From: an uncultured virus (IMG/VR IMGVR_UViG_3300042879_004886)
Taxonomy: Duplodnaviria > Heunggongvirae > Uroviricota > Caudoviricetes
Reading direction: 5' to 3' (one strand)
Virus record (IMG/VR): IMGVR_UViG_3300042879_004886
DNA length: 64,000 nucleotides
Shown here: positions 9,501 through 24,745 of the stretch, one piece after another
How the letters are laid out: the number at the start of each line of letters is the position of its first letter
Numbering within the stretch: position 1 is the first letter of the stretch
Position numbers and translations under genes: made by a program
The notes under the pieces: generated by a model
What the model saw: the letters and a program-made list of their open reading frames with translations, nothing else
What the model was told of the DNA's origin: nothing
Database searches by the model: none

Positions 9501-9746
9501 ATATGGTCCAGATATTCCTCCACCACCGGCTGTGGAAGATATTGTAAATGTATTTCCAGATGTAGTTATTGTTATGTTGGTTCCAGCTGAAAGACCTACG
9601 GCTCCAGTCAACCCATTTAGCCCCGTGACTACATTCCCCGCTGTAGGGTTATAAACGTCCCAAGCGGTTCCATTCCATTGCCAAGAACGACCACCAAAGG
9701 TGTAAATTTCATTTAGTGCTGGTGATGTGGGAAAATCTAGTGGCAT
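6537..9746 (-). CDS. Long tail fibre protein with internal repeats
   Basis: 1069 aa, Gly/Thr/Ser rich; V(S/L)S(I/F)NGLTG repeats; N(T/V)A(I/L)G beta-roll repeats like YadA head/Hep_Hag. Confidence 0.8.
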   Translation of the reverse strand: MPLDFPTSPALNEIYTFGGRSWQWNGTAWDVYNPTAGNVVTGLNGLTGAVGLSAGTNITITTSGNTFTISSTAGGGGISGPYVISINGISGSIGITNGSGIGINVSGQTLTFLNTGVLSFNGLTGAVTGVTTGVANTFGPVQTFNGGIVASGATLTGNVYITGLNNPSIDSQAANKAYVDSVASVGIHYHTGVTLASTDSETFNTGVTYDNGASGVGATLRKTASFARINIDSTDGSTGDRILIRSAATQQWNGVYSVTNQGSGSTGWILTRTTDADNYHPYENDGLGGNDYFFVTGGSSLKNNAYICSNAGGITFGTTAITFAIFSTPPVYTAGTGLAINSLQFSNTGVLSFNGSTGSITGVSSIRGLTGVVGITNGSGIGLSVSGQTLTFSNTGVLSIDGGTGAITNVARTNVANVFTESQTIGVTSSGLALILRDTGNNNELYFIPGTKRIIAYDDLSGNQQTLQFDTTANNTVTLPSINTTLAGLASVQTFTDTNTFNVETRFPGGISAAGATFSSLVRFNAGISSAGGTFSSLVRFNAGISAAGGTFSGTQTFINGATFTGNISAPNIVNSVRGLTGAVGITNGSGIGLSVSGQTMTFSNTGVLSIDGGTGAITNVARTNVDNIFSASQSIVTSPAIFTVNDNGSLKEFILDPDNNVLAFGDFGNYLNLYFPSLLSSSETITFPNFTTTLAGLSGTQTFTGIKTFNALTNFPGGISAAGATFSSLARFNAGISSAGGTFSSQARFLSGITVAGGATFATDISVNGMGVGLGAGNQAYNVALGTNALQFNTTGNFNLAIGAGSLQSNLDGTDNIALGYASLNINASGLYNVGVGSSTLVNNTSGSRNTAIGVNSVSSIDTGNDNVGIGYYSLGAIGSGRSQNTAIGSQAGYYRGSAESLLLGATGGIYIGYQSRASANTQTNEIVIGTQAVGLGSNTAVIGATAQTAATIYGLLNLPGGISAAGGTFSSLTRFTAGLSASNGMTLTGTMSLNGQTFTNVVSSINGLTGNINLAAGSNITITPSGLTLTIASTGGGGGGDVSSVQGLTGDVILSAVTLYMFDLGIV
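7870..8660 (-). repeat. Duplicated ~50-aa fibre module plus ~15-aa GISxAGxTFSSLxRF repeats
   Basis: RGLTGxVGITNGSGIGLSVSGQTxTFSNTGVLSIDGGTGAITNVARTNV occurs twice. Confidence 0.8.
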
Positions 9747-9753
9747 GTCTTAA

Positions 9754-9761
9754 TATTTATA
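9754..9761 (-). promoter_or_regulatory. T4 late promoter TATAAATA
   Basis: Exact consensus overlapping the upstream TAA; 7 nt before ATG 9746. Confidence 0.7.
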
Positions 9762-10992
9762 TGATTTCAAACCATGAAAGATCGCAATAAACGTTTGTAC
9801 CATCTTCAATTCCTGTCATTGTCAACACAAATGTGTCACTGACTCCTAGCTGGGTTCGCCCAAGTTGAAAATTAAAGTCATTTATGCTAGAAATGTCCAA
9901 TGATCCACTGCTGCTAACGTATCCACCGATAATATCTGACCCTCCAGTTACAGCAGTTGCCGTGATATTATAATCGACATTTCCATTATAATGCGTTGTC
10001 CAAGTATTGCCTGTTAGAGTTGGATTAAGCAATATTCTGTATTGAACCGTGGTTGGTTTATTGTTTATTCCAGGTTCGGCAACAACACTAATATTTGAAG
10101 GAATAATTATGCTATCTAAGCGATTTGAATTTAAACGCAAAGCTATCATTGGATATTGCACGTCCTGAGTAGTTAATGGTGTTGCATTTGATCCATTTTT
10201 GGTTATATTAAATCTTCGTGAAAATCCCTCATATCCTCCCTCAGACATCACAGTTGCGCAAATTTGGCGCATGGTACTACTTCCAGTTTGTCCTGCAGTA
10301 TTTTCAATTTCATACCGCATCGGCAAACATGCAGTTGTCATATAAGTTGTGGAATTTATGTTATCATTGTGAAATGTATGAGCCACAACTGGTTGACCGT
10401 CAACAAAAAATCCAGTTCTTACATCACCAACACCAAGCCATTCAATATCTTGCCAAAAAATATTTGCTTTTGTGACATCTAAAGTTCTTCCTGACTCACC
10501 AGTCCCATCAAACTTATCACCATTCCAATTGCTTTGGTTGACAACTGTGGTTGTTCCAAGTGATGCCGATGCCATGCAAATTGATAAAGTTAAACCGTCT
10601 TGTTCCAAATAAATTCCATTATATGGTGTTGCACCCGTAAAGCCACCAGTTATTCCAAAATATCCAACTCTTTGTCTTAAACCAGATTTTGGTTGATTAA
10701 AAGTCGAAGTCATAACAACCAATAAAGATTTTCCGGGCTGGTATGAAAACACTCTTTTTGTTTCACAATATAATTTGGACCCTACAGTTGTTCCTGCAAT
10801 AAGAGATACAGTGCTTTCTGTTATATTATAAGAAAAAGTTCCTCCCGTTGCACCAACATAATTCCATTTATCATTTACTTGATAACGATGTTGGCTATCG
10901 AATAAAGTAAATGGTTGGCTGACTTTTAAACGATTGAAAGCGTCAACTGTGTTTTCTTTAAATCCTACAAGATCATTGTATAGGTATGACAT
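9757..10992 (-). CDS. Putative virion structural protein (beta-rich, lectin-like)
   Basis: 411 aa in the fibre block; DAFNRLKVSQPFTLFD, YQPGKS and WLGVG motifs typical of T4-like structural hypotheticals. Confidence 0.6.
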   Translation of the reverse strand: MSYLYNDLVGFKENTVDAFNRLKVSQPFTLFDSQHRYQVNDKWNYVGATGGTFSYNITESTVSLIAGTTVGSKLYCETKRVFSYQPGKSLLVVMTSTFNQPKSGLRQRVGYFGITGGFTGATPYNGIYLEQDGLTLSICMASASLGTTTVVNQSNWNGDKFDGTGESGRTLDVTKANIFWQDIEWLGVGDVRTGFFVDGQPVVAHTFHNDNINSTTYMTTACLPMRYEIENTAGQTGSSTMRQICATVMSEGGYEGFSRRFNITKNGSNATPLTTQDVQYPMIALRLNSNRLDSIIIPSNISVVAEPGINNKPTTVQYRILLNPTLTGNTWTTHYNGNVDYNITATAVTGGSDIIGGYVSSSGSLDISSINDFNFQLGRTQLGVSDTFVLTMTGIEDGTNVYCDLSWFEII

Positions 10993-13019
10993 TATATTAT
11001 TCTCCAGCCAGATCTGTATATAAAATGCAGACCAGCATTGTCTAGGTTAATTATTGCCGAACTTTGATTATCAATCTTATGCGATGCAGTGGCTCCGACA
11101 ATTGTGATTTGTCGATTAACTCCATTTCCTGCATTTCCAGATTCATCCTTTACTACAATTTCTCTTCCGGTTTCTGGATTAGTTGGGAGTGTTATGGTAA
11201 CGGGGCCTGCATAACTGACTCCGATGTAATAATCCGTTGTCAATGCAGCGTATGTTGCGCCAGACACAACTGTGGTATTTACTATGGATATTCCACCACC
11301 ATTTGGGCTTATTGTGGATGTTGGTTGAACCCATTGATTTGTATTTCCATCGTAAATATAAACATATTCAATACCATTGTCGGAATCCATCCAACGGTCA
11401 CCTTGAGTTACACCGGAAGGAGATGTTGTTTGATAATAAAATTTATTTGGTGCAGTTCCTTGTGTGGTTCCATTTGTAAATTCAATGTAGTCATTGGAAC
11501 CACTAGATAAAATTTTAAGTCCATTTGGTATTTCTAGGTTGGCTGTATTTGGATCTAAACGGAATGCATTATTGGATTTTAAATCGGTTGCGCCATCATT
11601 TGAGAGCTGAATTGTCCCATCAAATCCTTTTACGCTTAATAAATTTGTTATGGTAACATTGCCTATACCGGATGTGGGACTCAACGTTATTCCAGCCCCG
11701 GCAATCAATGAAGTTACCGCACCCTCTGTTCCAGGAATATTTACTTCAACATTTTTTCTTTTTCTTGTTACTGTCACACCGCTGCCGGTAAATATCAAAT
11801 CATTAACTGATTTTAAAACCCTTTGATTTTCTCCATTGTCTTTCCAAATTATTCCAACGCCACCTCCCCCGGGAGTGGAAACTTGGTTTAATTTATTAAT
11901 TGCATTCTGTATATCGGTGTTTTTAAATTTATCAAGAACACTTGAAACGTGTTCAGAATCAAAAGAAAGAACACCATCTTCAAGCACCAATGGAAATTGG
12001 GCCTCTATTACAGGTGTTGTTCCATCTTGTCCTGCTGGACCAGGTGGGCCTTGTTCTCCTTGTGGACCAATTGGGCCCGGTGGGCCTATTGGACCTTTTT
12101 CTCCACGATCTCCCTTCTCTCCTTTTTCTCCTTTTTGTCCTTGCGGACCGATTGCCCCAGAAGGACCAACAGTGCCTTGAATTCCTTGTTCTCCGCGTGG
12201 ACCCTGTTCTCCTTTTGGCCCCCGCTCTCCTTGTGGGCCCTGTGGTCCGATTTTTCCTTGAAGACCTTGAAGACCAGTGTCCCCTTTATCTCCTTTGTCT
12301 CCCTTTAGTCCAGGATCTCCCTTATCGCCCTTTAGTCCCCGTTCACCCTGTGGACCAATATCACCTTTTTCGCCTTTTTCTCCCTTTGGTCCAACTGGTC
12401 CTTGGATTCCTTGCTCGCCTCTTGGTCCTTGAGGACCAACTTCTCCTTGTGCACCTTTTTCTCCCTGAATACCCTGTGAACCGGCCTGTGGGATTATTTC
12501 TTTTACTACAGTTTTTTCTACCAGTTGAACAATTGGTTTTTCAATTATTTTTACAGGGGCTTCTTTTGATTTCTGAATTATCTGTTCTTCAAGAAGATTT
12601 TTTATCTGCGTAGAATTACCGATAAATTTTATTATCTTGTTGCTGCTCTTCTCTATGAAGTATCTTTCGGTTACTCCGTTTCCAACATATACTTTTTCAT
12701 CGGATGTGAGAGAAGTTGTTTCTTTCAACAAAGTGTTCTGAAGAAGGGAGCCTATTGGTCTTTTTAACTTGAAGCAAGTTCCTTCCATATTTTCAAACAA
12801 CATGACTGGTTGAAAATATTCTCTGATCTTTGAGGCATTTCCTTCTATTAAATAAGTTTCACCAAATTCATCTCTTACGTAGAACTGAGAAATACCTGTT
12901 CCGATTCTTACATGCCTTGGATTTACTGCACTCTCAATTATGTGATAAGTACCACCCATCAACATGTTTGGGTGTTGTTTTACGAGTTTAAGAGAATTTT
13001 TGTTCTTTCCAAAGAACAT
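10992..13019 (-). CDS. Collagen-like fibre protein (charged Gly-X-Y)
   Basis: ~50 uninterrupted GXY triplets (GEKGDKGPQ type); C-terminal fibre domains. Confidence 0.85.
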   Translation of the reverse strand: MFFGKNKNSLKLVKQHPNMLMGGTYHIIESAVNPRHVRIGTGISQFYVRDEFGETYLIEGNASKIREYFQPVMLFENMEGTCFKLKRPIGSLLQNTLLKETTSLTSDEKVYVGNGVTERYFIEKSSNKIIKFIGNSTQIKNLLEEQIIQKSKEAPVKIIEKPIVQLVEKTVVKEIIPQAGSQGIQGEKGAQGEVGPQGPRGEQGIQGPVGPKGEKGEKGDIGPQGERGLKGDKGDPGLKGDKGDKGDTGLQGLQGKIGPQGPQGERGPKGEQGPRGEQGIQGTVGPSGAIGPQGQKGEKGEKGDRGEKGPIGPPGPIGPQGEQGPPGPAGQDGTTPVIEAQFPLVLEDGVLSFDSEHVSSVLDKFKNTDIQNAINKLNQVSTPGGGGVGIIWKDNGENQRVLKSVNDLIFTGSGVTVTRKRKNVEVNIPGTEGAVTSLIAGAGITLSPTSGIGNVTITNLLSVKGFDGTIQLSNDGATDLKSNNAFRLDPNTANLEIPNGLKILSSGSNDYIEFTNGTTQGTAPNKFYYQTTSPSGVTQGDRWMDSDNGIEYVYIYDGNTNQWVQPTSTISPNGGGISIVNTTVVSGATYAALTTDYYIGVSYAGPVTITLPTNPETGREIVVKDESGNAGNGVNRQITIVGATASHKIDNQSSAIINLDNAGLHFIYRSGWRII

Positions 13020-13028
13020 CTAGTTTAT

Positions 13029-19310
<6,282 letters not shown>

Positions 19311-19316
19311 TTGTAA

Positions 19317-20408
19317 TTATGTGCTTGGTAATATATTTATCGATTCTATTGCAGATCTTTCCTGAGATCTGTAAACTTTATAGGAAATATCTACACTATA
19401 TGGATTTGTAAAATTTAAAAGTTGTGCGGGTGGAAGTACAAATGGCATGTCGTTCTGTGTCGATCCTATTATAGACTTAAAAGATGTGTATTCCGCAAAC
19501 CCAGAGGCCATTGGAACCACAAAATAAAAATATTTTGGTATTCCAGTATTATTGGAAAATGCTCTTGTTGTATTTGGAGTAGATGAAACGAATGCAGAAC
19601 TAAAAGAGTTAAAATTTGATAATAAATCTAATTGAGGATCTTCGTACATTCCCCAATACATTTTGTATTTCCAGCTGTAAGTTTCTAAAATTTGAGCATC
19701 AGCTCCCTCTTCTTGGTCACCGGAAATAGTAAACGCAAGATTTGTTGGAGAAGAATAACCAAACAATGGATGCGATATTGATACTGGAGATGAATCGTAA
19801 TCTCCTCCGCTGTATATTTCTGTACTTGAACCACCATTTACTGTTCTTACTATTTTTAAAGTTCCAGGTAACCAGTTGTATGTTGGTCCACTTGTAGTCC
19901 AAGAAGCAGAGCGTGTTGCGGCTCCTATTGTTTGACCTAATTCTCGATCTCCGTTTCCACCAGACAAATTTACAGTAAATGCCGTAAACGAAACTGATTC
20001 GTAGGAATACAATATTTCTTTTAATATCTGTATTGCTGTCTGGCCAACTAAGTTTGCACCTGAATTAAGACCACCCACAGTTGTGTTAGTTAAGGTAGCA
20101 TCATCCCATTTTGTTTCGCTAGGAGTACCAGAACTTATTGTGCCTATTGCTACTGGTGCTTGCTCCACTCCATTGACAACAGGAGTCATGTAAAGAGTCA
20201 AACCAGAAATGAAGGCACCCGTATAACCGGATCCCGGTGATCCTGTTGCTCCAGTTGAACCTCTTGGTCCTGGTTCTCCCTGTCTGCCGTCTCCGGAACC
20301 CAAAACTATATCCGCAGTTGGATTTACCGTTATTGCTGGATATTGATTGCTTAACGATAAAACTAATTGAGGATAGGGATTGGTATTAACAATTTCTACT
20401 TCGCTCAT
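19317..20408 (-). CDS. Structural protein with a short collagen stretch and Ig-like domain
   Basis: [21 protein letters not shown]; beta-rich remainder. Confidence 0.6.
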   Translation of the reverse strand: MSEVEIVNTNPYPQLVLSLSNQYPAITVNPTADIVLGSGDGRQGEPGPRGSTGATGSPGSGYTGAFISGLTLYMTPVVNGVEQAPVAIGTISSGTPSETKWDDATLTNTTVGGLNSGANLVGQTAIQILKEILYSYESVSFTAFTVNLSGGNGDRELGQTIGAATRSASWTTSGPTYNWLPGTLKIVRTVNGGSSTEIYSGGDYDSSPVSISHPLFGYSSPTNLAFTISGDQEEGADAQILETYSWKYKMYWGMYEDPQLDLLSNFNSFSSAFVSSTPNTTRAFSNNTGIPKYFYFVVPMASGFAEYTSFKSIIGSTQNDMPFVLPPAQLLNFTNPYSVDISYKVYRSQERSAIESINILPST

Positions 20409-20806
20409 TATATTCTCGTTACTTCAGGAAGTATCGTTAAGGAGCCTCTTAAAATTGTTGTTACATTATTTCCGGTTGGGTTTACTAGTTGTATATCATA
20501 CTTAGCCGTCGTCTCAGAAGAAAAATTTCCTGTGTAAGTAGCACCTAACGCTATGTAAATCGTTCCACCCGTGGCTGTTGCCGAAAGACCACCGATCAAG
20601 CCATCGGTAAAATTTGATCCTGTTATTCCTGCGGGAACGTATGAAGTATAAGAGGCAACCAAACTTGATGGATAGTAGCCCTTTCTAACTTGCATGGAAA
20701 GAGTGCATCCTGATAAATTATAAGCCGTGCCCCCCTGATCTTTGAGGAACATGGCCCATTTTAGTGTATCTCCCTGTACTACAGTTGTATCGTAGCTGCT
20801 GGCCAT
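20408..20806 (-). CDS. Small structural protein (BppU-N-like baseplate/fibre adaptor)
   Basis: QGDT...YNLSGCTLSMQVRK...AKYDIQL...TILRGSLTILPEVTR pattern; GGAGA RBS. Confidence 0.55.
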   Translation of the reverse strand: MASSYDTTVVQGDTLKWAMFLKDQGGTAYNLSGCTLSMQVRKGYYPSSLVASYTSYVPAGITGSNFTDGLIGGLSATATGGTIYIALGATYTGNFSSETTAKYDIQLVNPTGNNVTTILRGSLTILPEVTRI

Positions 20807-20815
20807 AAAGTCTCC

Positions 20816-20847
20816 AAAAAATAATAGCCTATATACAGGCTATTATT
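20816..20847 (-). terminator. Hairpin AATAATAGCCT-N6-AGGCTATTATT followed by a T-run
   Basis: 11-bp perfect inverted repeat downstream of the GT2-TPR gene. Confidence 0.55.
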
Positions 20848-20870
20848 AAATATTTAGGAGATTTTATGAA

Positions 20871-22109
20871 TTAAAGTTTTACGGTTTTAAGCTCCGTTAT
20901 ATTCTTCTCAAACGTTGTTTTATTAATTGCTTTTCTGATGTTTTCTTCAATTTCTTTTTGTTTTTGCAATAGTGGTTGCAATTCATTTTTATGAAGCTCT
21001 TCAAGAGTTTTTACATAAATTTTTCTGTTATTTTCTATTCTTTCTCTGTGTTCCTGTGGTAGGTAAGGCTCACTCAATAATTTTTCACATGCAGCAAGCC
21101 CCATGTGATGCTTTCCTACATAAAATGCCGTTGTTGCAATTTCATCCAAAATTCCCCATTGATAAACAGAATTATCAACAAACAAAATGTCTTCATTGAA
21201 TGGGGCCAAATTTAAACCTTGGCAGGCAACAATAAATGCATTTCTTGGTCTATTGTATTTTCTGTATATGCAAGAAAGATGATATAGTGATTCTGCTCTA
21301 TTTGGTCTGACCTCAAACGCTTGCATGAATGCGTCAGCAATTTGTTCGACTGGACGACCCAAAATTTCACGACAAATTCCAATTCTAACCCATGAATAGA
21401 ATACCTCTTCGGGCCAGTTTCCAAGTTCTGTTCTCTTTAAATATTCTTTTTCGGCAATATCATATAGTTGTGCATCAAAAGCCGATTGAGCTGCATAGAA
21501 TTGCTTTCTTGGTTGATTTGGGTCCTTGTCCAAATAACTCTTTAATAAGAAGTAATCCCTAGCGTATTTTTCTCTATCGTTGCTAACAGACTTGGCACGA
21601 CAACCCTGAGTTCTAACAACCCATGCATATTCGCCCTCAAGTTTTTGAACATCCATTGGCTGTTCGCAGCAGGCATATTCGTGCAGGGGTTCTTCGTACC
21701 ACCAAAGCTTTTTGCCCATGTTAAAAATTTGGGCTCTGTACCATACCATTGGTCCCCGGCAAATTTTTACTACATAACCATCGTGTTTATCGTCCAATTT
21801 ATCAATTGGAAGATTTCCTTCGATGTAATCATCCGCATCGATCATGAGTACCCATTTGCTTTTGCCGTGGCAATGCTTTAGAACCTTGGAGCGATTTGTT
21901 CCAAAGTCCTCCCACGGATGATCTAGGATTTCACCAGGAATATTCTTTTCATCAAAAAACTTTTTGATTACTTCCTTGGTATTGTCAGTTGATCCCGTAT
22001 CAGCAATTACATAGTAATTGATATATTTGGCTACGGAAGACAGACATTCCAAAATATTGTCTGCTTCATTTTTTACGATCATTGCAAGCGTTAAATTATA
22101 CATGTGCAT
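20871..22109 (-). CDS. GT2 glycosyltransferase with TPR repeats
   Basis: LAMIVKNEA, DTGSTDNT, IDADD, LHEY motifs; C-terminal TPR-like helices (FYAAQS, RPNRAESLY). Confidence 0.9.
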   Translation of the reverse strand: MHMYNLTLAMIVKNEADNILECLSSVAKYINYYVIADTGSTDNTKEVIKKFFDEKNIPGEILDHPWEDFGTNRSKVLKHCHGKSKWVLMIDADDYIEGNLPIDKLDDKHDGYVVKICRGPMVWYRAQIFNMGKKLWWYEEPLHEYACCEQPMDVQKLEGEYAWVVRTQGCRAKSVSNDREKYARDYFLLKSYLDKDPNQPRKQFYAAQSAFDAQLYDIAEKEYLKRTELGNWPEEVFYSWVRIGICREILGRPVEQIADAFMQAFEVRPNRAESLYHLSCIYRKYNRPRNAFIVACQGLNLAPFNEDILFVDNSVYQWGILDEIATTAFYVGKHHMGLAACEKLLSEPYLPQEHRERIENNRKIYVKTLEELHKNELQPLLQKQKEIEENIRKAINKTTFEKNITELKTVKL

Positions 22110-22111
22110 CC

Positions 22112-22537
22112 TTATGAATTAAAAAACTTTCTTAGTGTTCCTGGGTTAAATTTTGGTATAAGTTCCCAATCATCTTTTTCATTATGTCTAATAATTTTTA
22201 GACCATTGATTGACATCTTATCTTGTATTTTTTCTTTGTCAATTATTTCAAGCAATTCCCATTCTTCAAGCAAAGAAACTATTGCGTTTCTTCGTTGAAT
22301 GTCCTCTTTGCTGACATTTGATGGAAGGCCATCAAGGGAAAAAAGTTCTTTAAAATGTGCTATCAGATAAACATCATTTTTGTGAATTAAATGACAGGAT
22401 TGGTATAAAACCTTTTTTCCTTTGGGGGAAACACCTATTCTGGACAGTGTTTCCCTGACTACCATGTAGTCCTCTGGATCTAATAATTTTATATGAACGC
22501 CTATATTGTTAAATATTTTATCTGATGTAGCCGACAT
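22112..22537 (-). CDS. regA: Translational repressor RegA
   Basis: VRETLSRIGV, LYQSCHLIHK, HFKELFSLDG, RRNAIVSLLEEW; synteny after gp62. Confidence 0.95.
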   Translation of the reverse strand: MSATSDKIFNNIGVHIKLLDPEDYMVVRETLSRIGVSPKGKKVLYQSCHLIHKNDVYLIAHFKELFSLDGLPSNVSKEDIQRRNAIVSLLEEWELLEIIDKEKIQDKMSINGLKIIRHNEKDDWELIPKFNPGTLRKFFNS

Positions 22538-22540
22538 AAA

Positions 22541-22930
22541 TCACTCTTTATTATTAAGTGCACCCTTATTTATGGCCTCTTGGATAAGGTCCAAATCACT
22601 GGGTCCAAGTATATTTAGAACTTGTTCGGCTTTCTGATTATTGTAACCATATGCTTCTTTTATAAGTTCAATTTTTTCGTCTTCATTTCGCTTTAACCAA
22701 GTAAAATATCTTTTCTTTTTCCGTATTCCAAGGCGGAAAAAGTCATATTGCATCTTTTTGTCGAGTTCCCAGTTGCAATTCATTTCATTGGCAAAAAATA
22801 TAGTATCAGCAAAAGATGAAAAATTTTTATTTACGATATATGGTCTATAAAGCTTTTCTGCCTTTTCATCACCCTTGAAAAGGTCTTCTTTGGTATAATT
22901 TATGCTGTCTATTATTTCTTTTATTTTCAT
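22541..22930 (-). CDS. gp62: Clamp loader small subunit gp62
   Basis: DTIFFANEMN, MQYDF, RKKKRY.W, YGYN..KA; synteny. Confidence 0.9.
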   Translation of the reverse strand: MKIKEIIDSINYTKEDLFKGDEKAEKLYRPYIVNKNFSSFADTIFFANEMNCNWELDKKMQYDFFRLGIRKKKRYFTWLKRNEDEKIELIKEAYGYNNQKAEQVLNILGPSDLDLIQEAINKGALNNKE

Positions 22931-23868
22931 GAGAATTCACAATCCATCATTAGCTGAACTAGCATTGCCATTGTATTAATTTCTTGGTCTGCAGCAAATG
23001 CTGATTTGTATTGGTATTCTGCAATTATCAATATTGCTTGTGGTACGGAATTTGGCTTCAATGCGCTGTAAAGTTCAGTATAAAGACGCTTGAAGAATTC
23101 TGTTGTGTTTAAATCTATATTTTGCACAACCCACTTGCGACAACACGCAAAATCCTTGCCCTTCATGTATCCCAAAAGTTCCTTAAATGAGTCGCTGCTG
23201 CTTTGTGCAAGTATTCCTACATCAATTTTTCCAGAAGAAGAGTACTTCTGCAGTTCATTTATAATTCTGCGGATATCCGGAAAATGCTTTTTGACAAGGT
23301 TGGCCAAAACCTGCTTTTCATAAGGGATGTTCTCCTTATCAAGGATATGCTCTATCCTTGCCAATACGGCAGCTGCAATCTGCGGTCTTTCTGCAGATGG
23401 AATGGTAAAGTCTATTCCCGTGCACCTTGAATGCAGGGGATCGCTTATTCTGTTTTTATAGTTGCATGTAATTATAAATCTGCAGTTGTTTGCGTATTCC
23501 TCTATCGCACCACGAAGTCCGCTTTGAACTGCTGTAGTTGAATAATCAAACTCATCAAGAATAATGATCTTTCCCACTCCACTCAAAGATACGGTACTGG
23601 CATAATTTCTGATTTTTACTCGGAGTGTATCCATGCCATTATCTTCCGAGCAATTAATAAGCATACAATCCATACCAAGGTCGTTTGCCAGTGCCTTGGC
23701 TACTGATGTTTTTCCGGTTCCGGCTTTTCCATAGAAAAGCATGTTTGGGATCTTGCCTTCTTTGATCATACCATTAAATATGGTTGAAAGATCAATAGGC
23801 AAAATGCAATCAGATAGAGTTTTGGGTCGATACTTTTCGACCCAAATTAGATTATTAATGTTAGACAC
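22927..23868 (-). CDS. gp44: Clamp loader large subunit gp44 (AAA+)
   Basis: WVEKYRP, GKAGTGKT, ILDEFD, LHSRC. Confidence 0.95.
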   Translation of the reverse strand: MSNINNLIWVEKYRPKTLSDCILPIDLSTIFNGMIKEGKIPNMLFYGKAGTGKTSVAKALANDLGMDCMLINCSEDNGMDTLRVKIRNYASTVSLSGVGKIIILDEFDYSTTAVQSGLRGAIEEYANNCRFIITCNYKNRISDPLHSRCTGIDFTIPSAERPQIAAAVLARIEHILDKENIPYEKQVLANLVKKHFPDIRRIINELQKYSSSGKIDVGILAQSSSDSFKELLGYMKGKDFACCRKWVVQNIDLNTTEFFKRLYTELYSALKPNSVPQAILIIAEYQYKSAFAADQEINTMAMLVQLMMDCEFS

Positions 23869-23869
23869 T

Positions 23870-24541
23870 TTAACCCTTGTTAATTGCGATATAGTAACAA
23901 ATGTTACCAGATTCGTGAGTAAACTTTGATACCACGGTGCTGCTCAACTCAACTTTGTATGAACCAGGATAGAACTTGATGTCCTCTACATTTACGAAAC
24001 CGCTATAATCTGGGCCATTGTAGTTCTCATCAATTACCACAGAAAAACTATTGGAAGTGCTATTCTTGGGATCATCGATGATGATACGCATTGACCCATC
24101 CTCTCCAATAATTTTTAAATTGGAGACATGAAGGATGCTAGATGCTTTCAGCATCTCATCAATATCGTTTTTGTCAAGAACAAAGGACGCCGTAATAGCA
24201 GGCATCTTTATGTCTTTTTTGGGAACGGTCAGCAAGGATGCCGAAGAATAAAAATACCTCACCGAAGATTTTCCGTTTGAGATATCTACATACTTATCGC
24301 CAAACTCAAGATCTGGCATTGCAAACATGCTGACCACTCCAAGGAATTGATTTAAATCAAAAATTGGAATGGTTGTATCAAATTCTTCCTCAATCTTTGC
24401 CTCTGCCAGGATATTTCCTCCATGAGAAATGGTTCTTAGAACATTTCCAGGCTTTATCAAAATGTTTGAATTTATTGCTGCAAAATTTTTAAGAATAGAA
24501 AGAGTTTCTTTTGAAAGTCTCATCTTTGTCACAGTTGTCAT
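23870..24541 (-). CDS. gp45: Sliding clamp gp45
   Basis: LSKETLSILKNFAAINSNI, IFDLNQFL; synteny. Confidence 0.95.
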   Translation of the reverse strand: MTTVTKMRLSKETLSILKNFAAINSNILIKPGNVLRTISHGGNILAEAKIEEEFDTTIPIFDLNQFLGVVSMFAMPDLEFGDKYVDISNGKSSVRYFYSSASLLTVPKKDIKMPAITASFVLDKNDIDEMLKASSILHVSNLKIIGEDGSMRIIIDDPKNSTSNSFSVVIDENYNGPDYSGFVNVEDIKFYPGSYKVELSSTVVSKFTHESGNICYYIAINKG

Positions 24542-24558
24542 ATAGATCCTTATGTAAA

Positions 24559-24711
24559 TTATTCAAAGTCTTTTTTGTACATCGCATCGTTTAGTTGCTG
24601 CTTTTGTCCGTGTCGGTTTCCCCTCTTGCTTCTCTTTTGCTGTTTTTTGCTGAGCCCCGAAGGCTTGTTCTTGCGACGATTGGTAAACTTTTCAAAACTG
24701 TCTTCGTTCAT
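24559..24711 (-). CDS. Small basic protein, 50 aa, absent from the ORF track
   Basis: ATG 24711 to TAA 24559: MNEDSFEKFTNRRKNKPSGLSKKQQKRSKRGNRHGQKQQLNDAMYKKDFE; has its own promoter. Confidence 0.7.
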   Translation of the reverse strand: MNEDSFEKFTNRRKNKPSGLSKKQQKRSKRGNRHGQKQQLNDAMYKKDFE

Positions 24712-24717
24712 AACTCT

Positions 24718-24745
24718 ATTATATCTCCATATTTCATTAAATCAA
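24718..24745 (-). promoter_or_regulatory. Early promoter TTGATT-N16-TATAAT
   Basis: 6 nt before ATG 24711; would also drive gp45-44-62-regA. Confidence 0.7.

Noticed and set aside
3253..9746. Diversity-generating retroelement or invertible tail-fibre switch
   Set aside because: No reverse transcriptase or invertase, and no near-identical TR/VR pair differing only at adenines was seen
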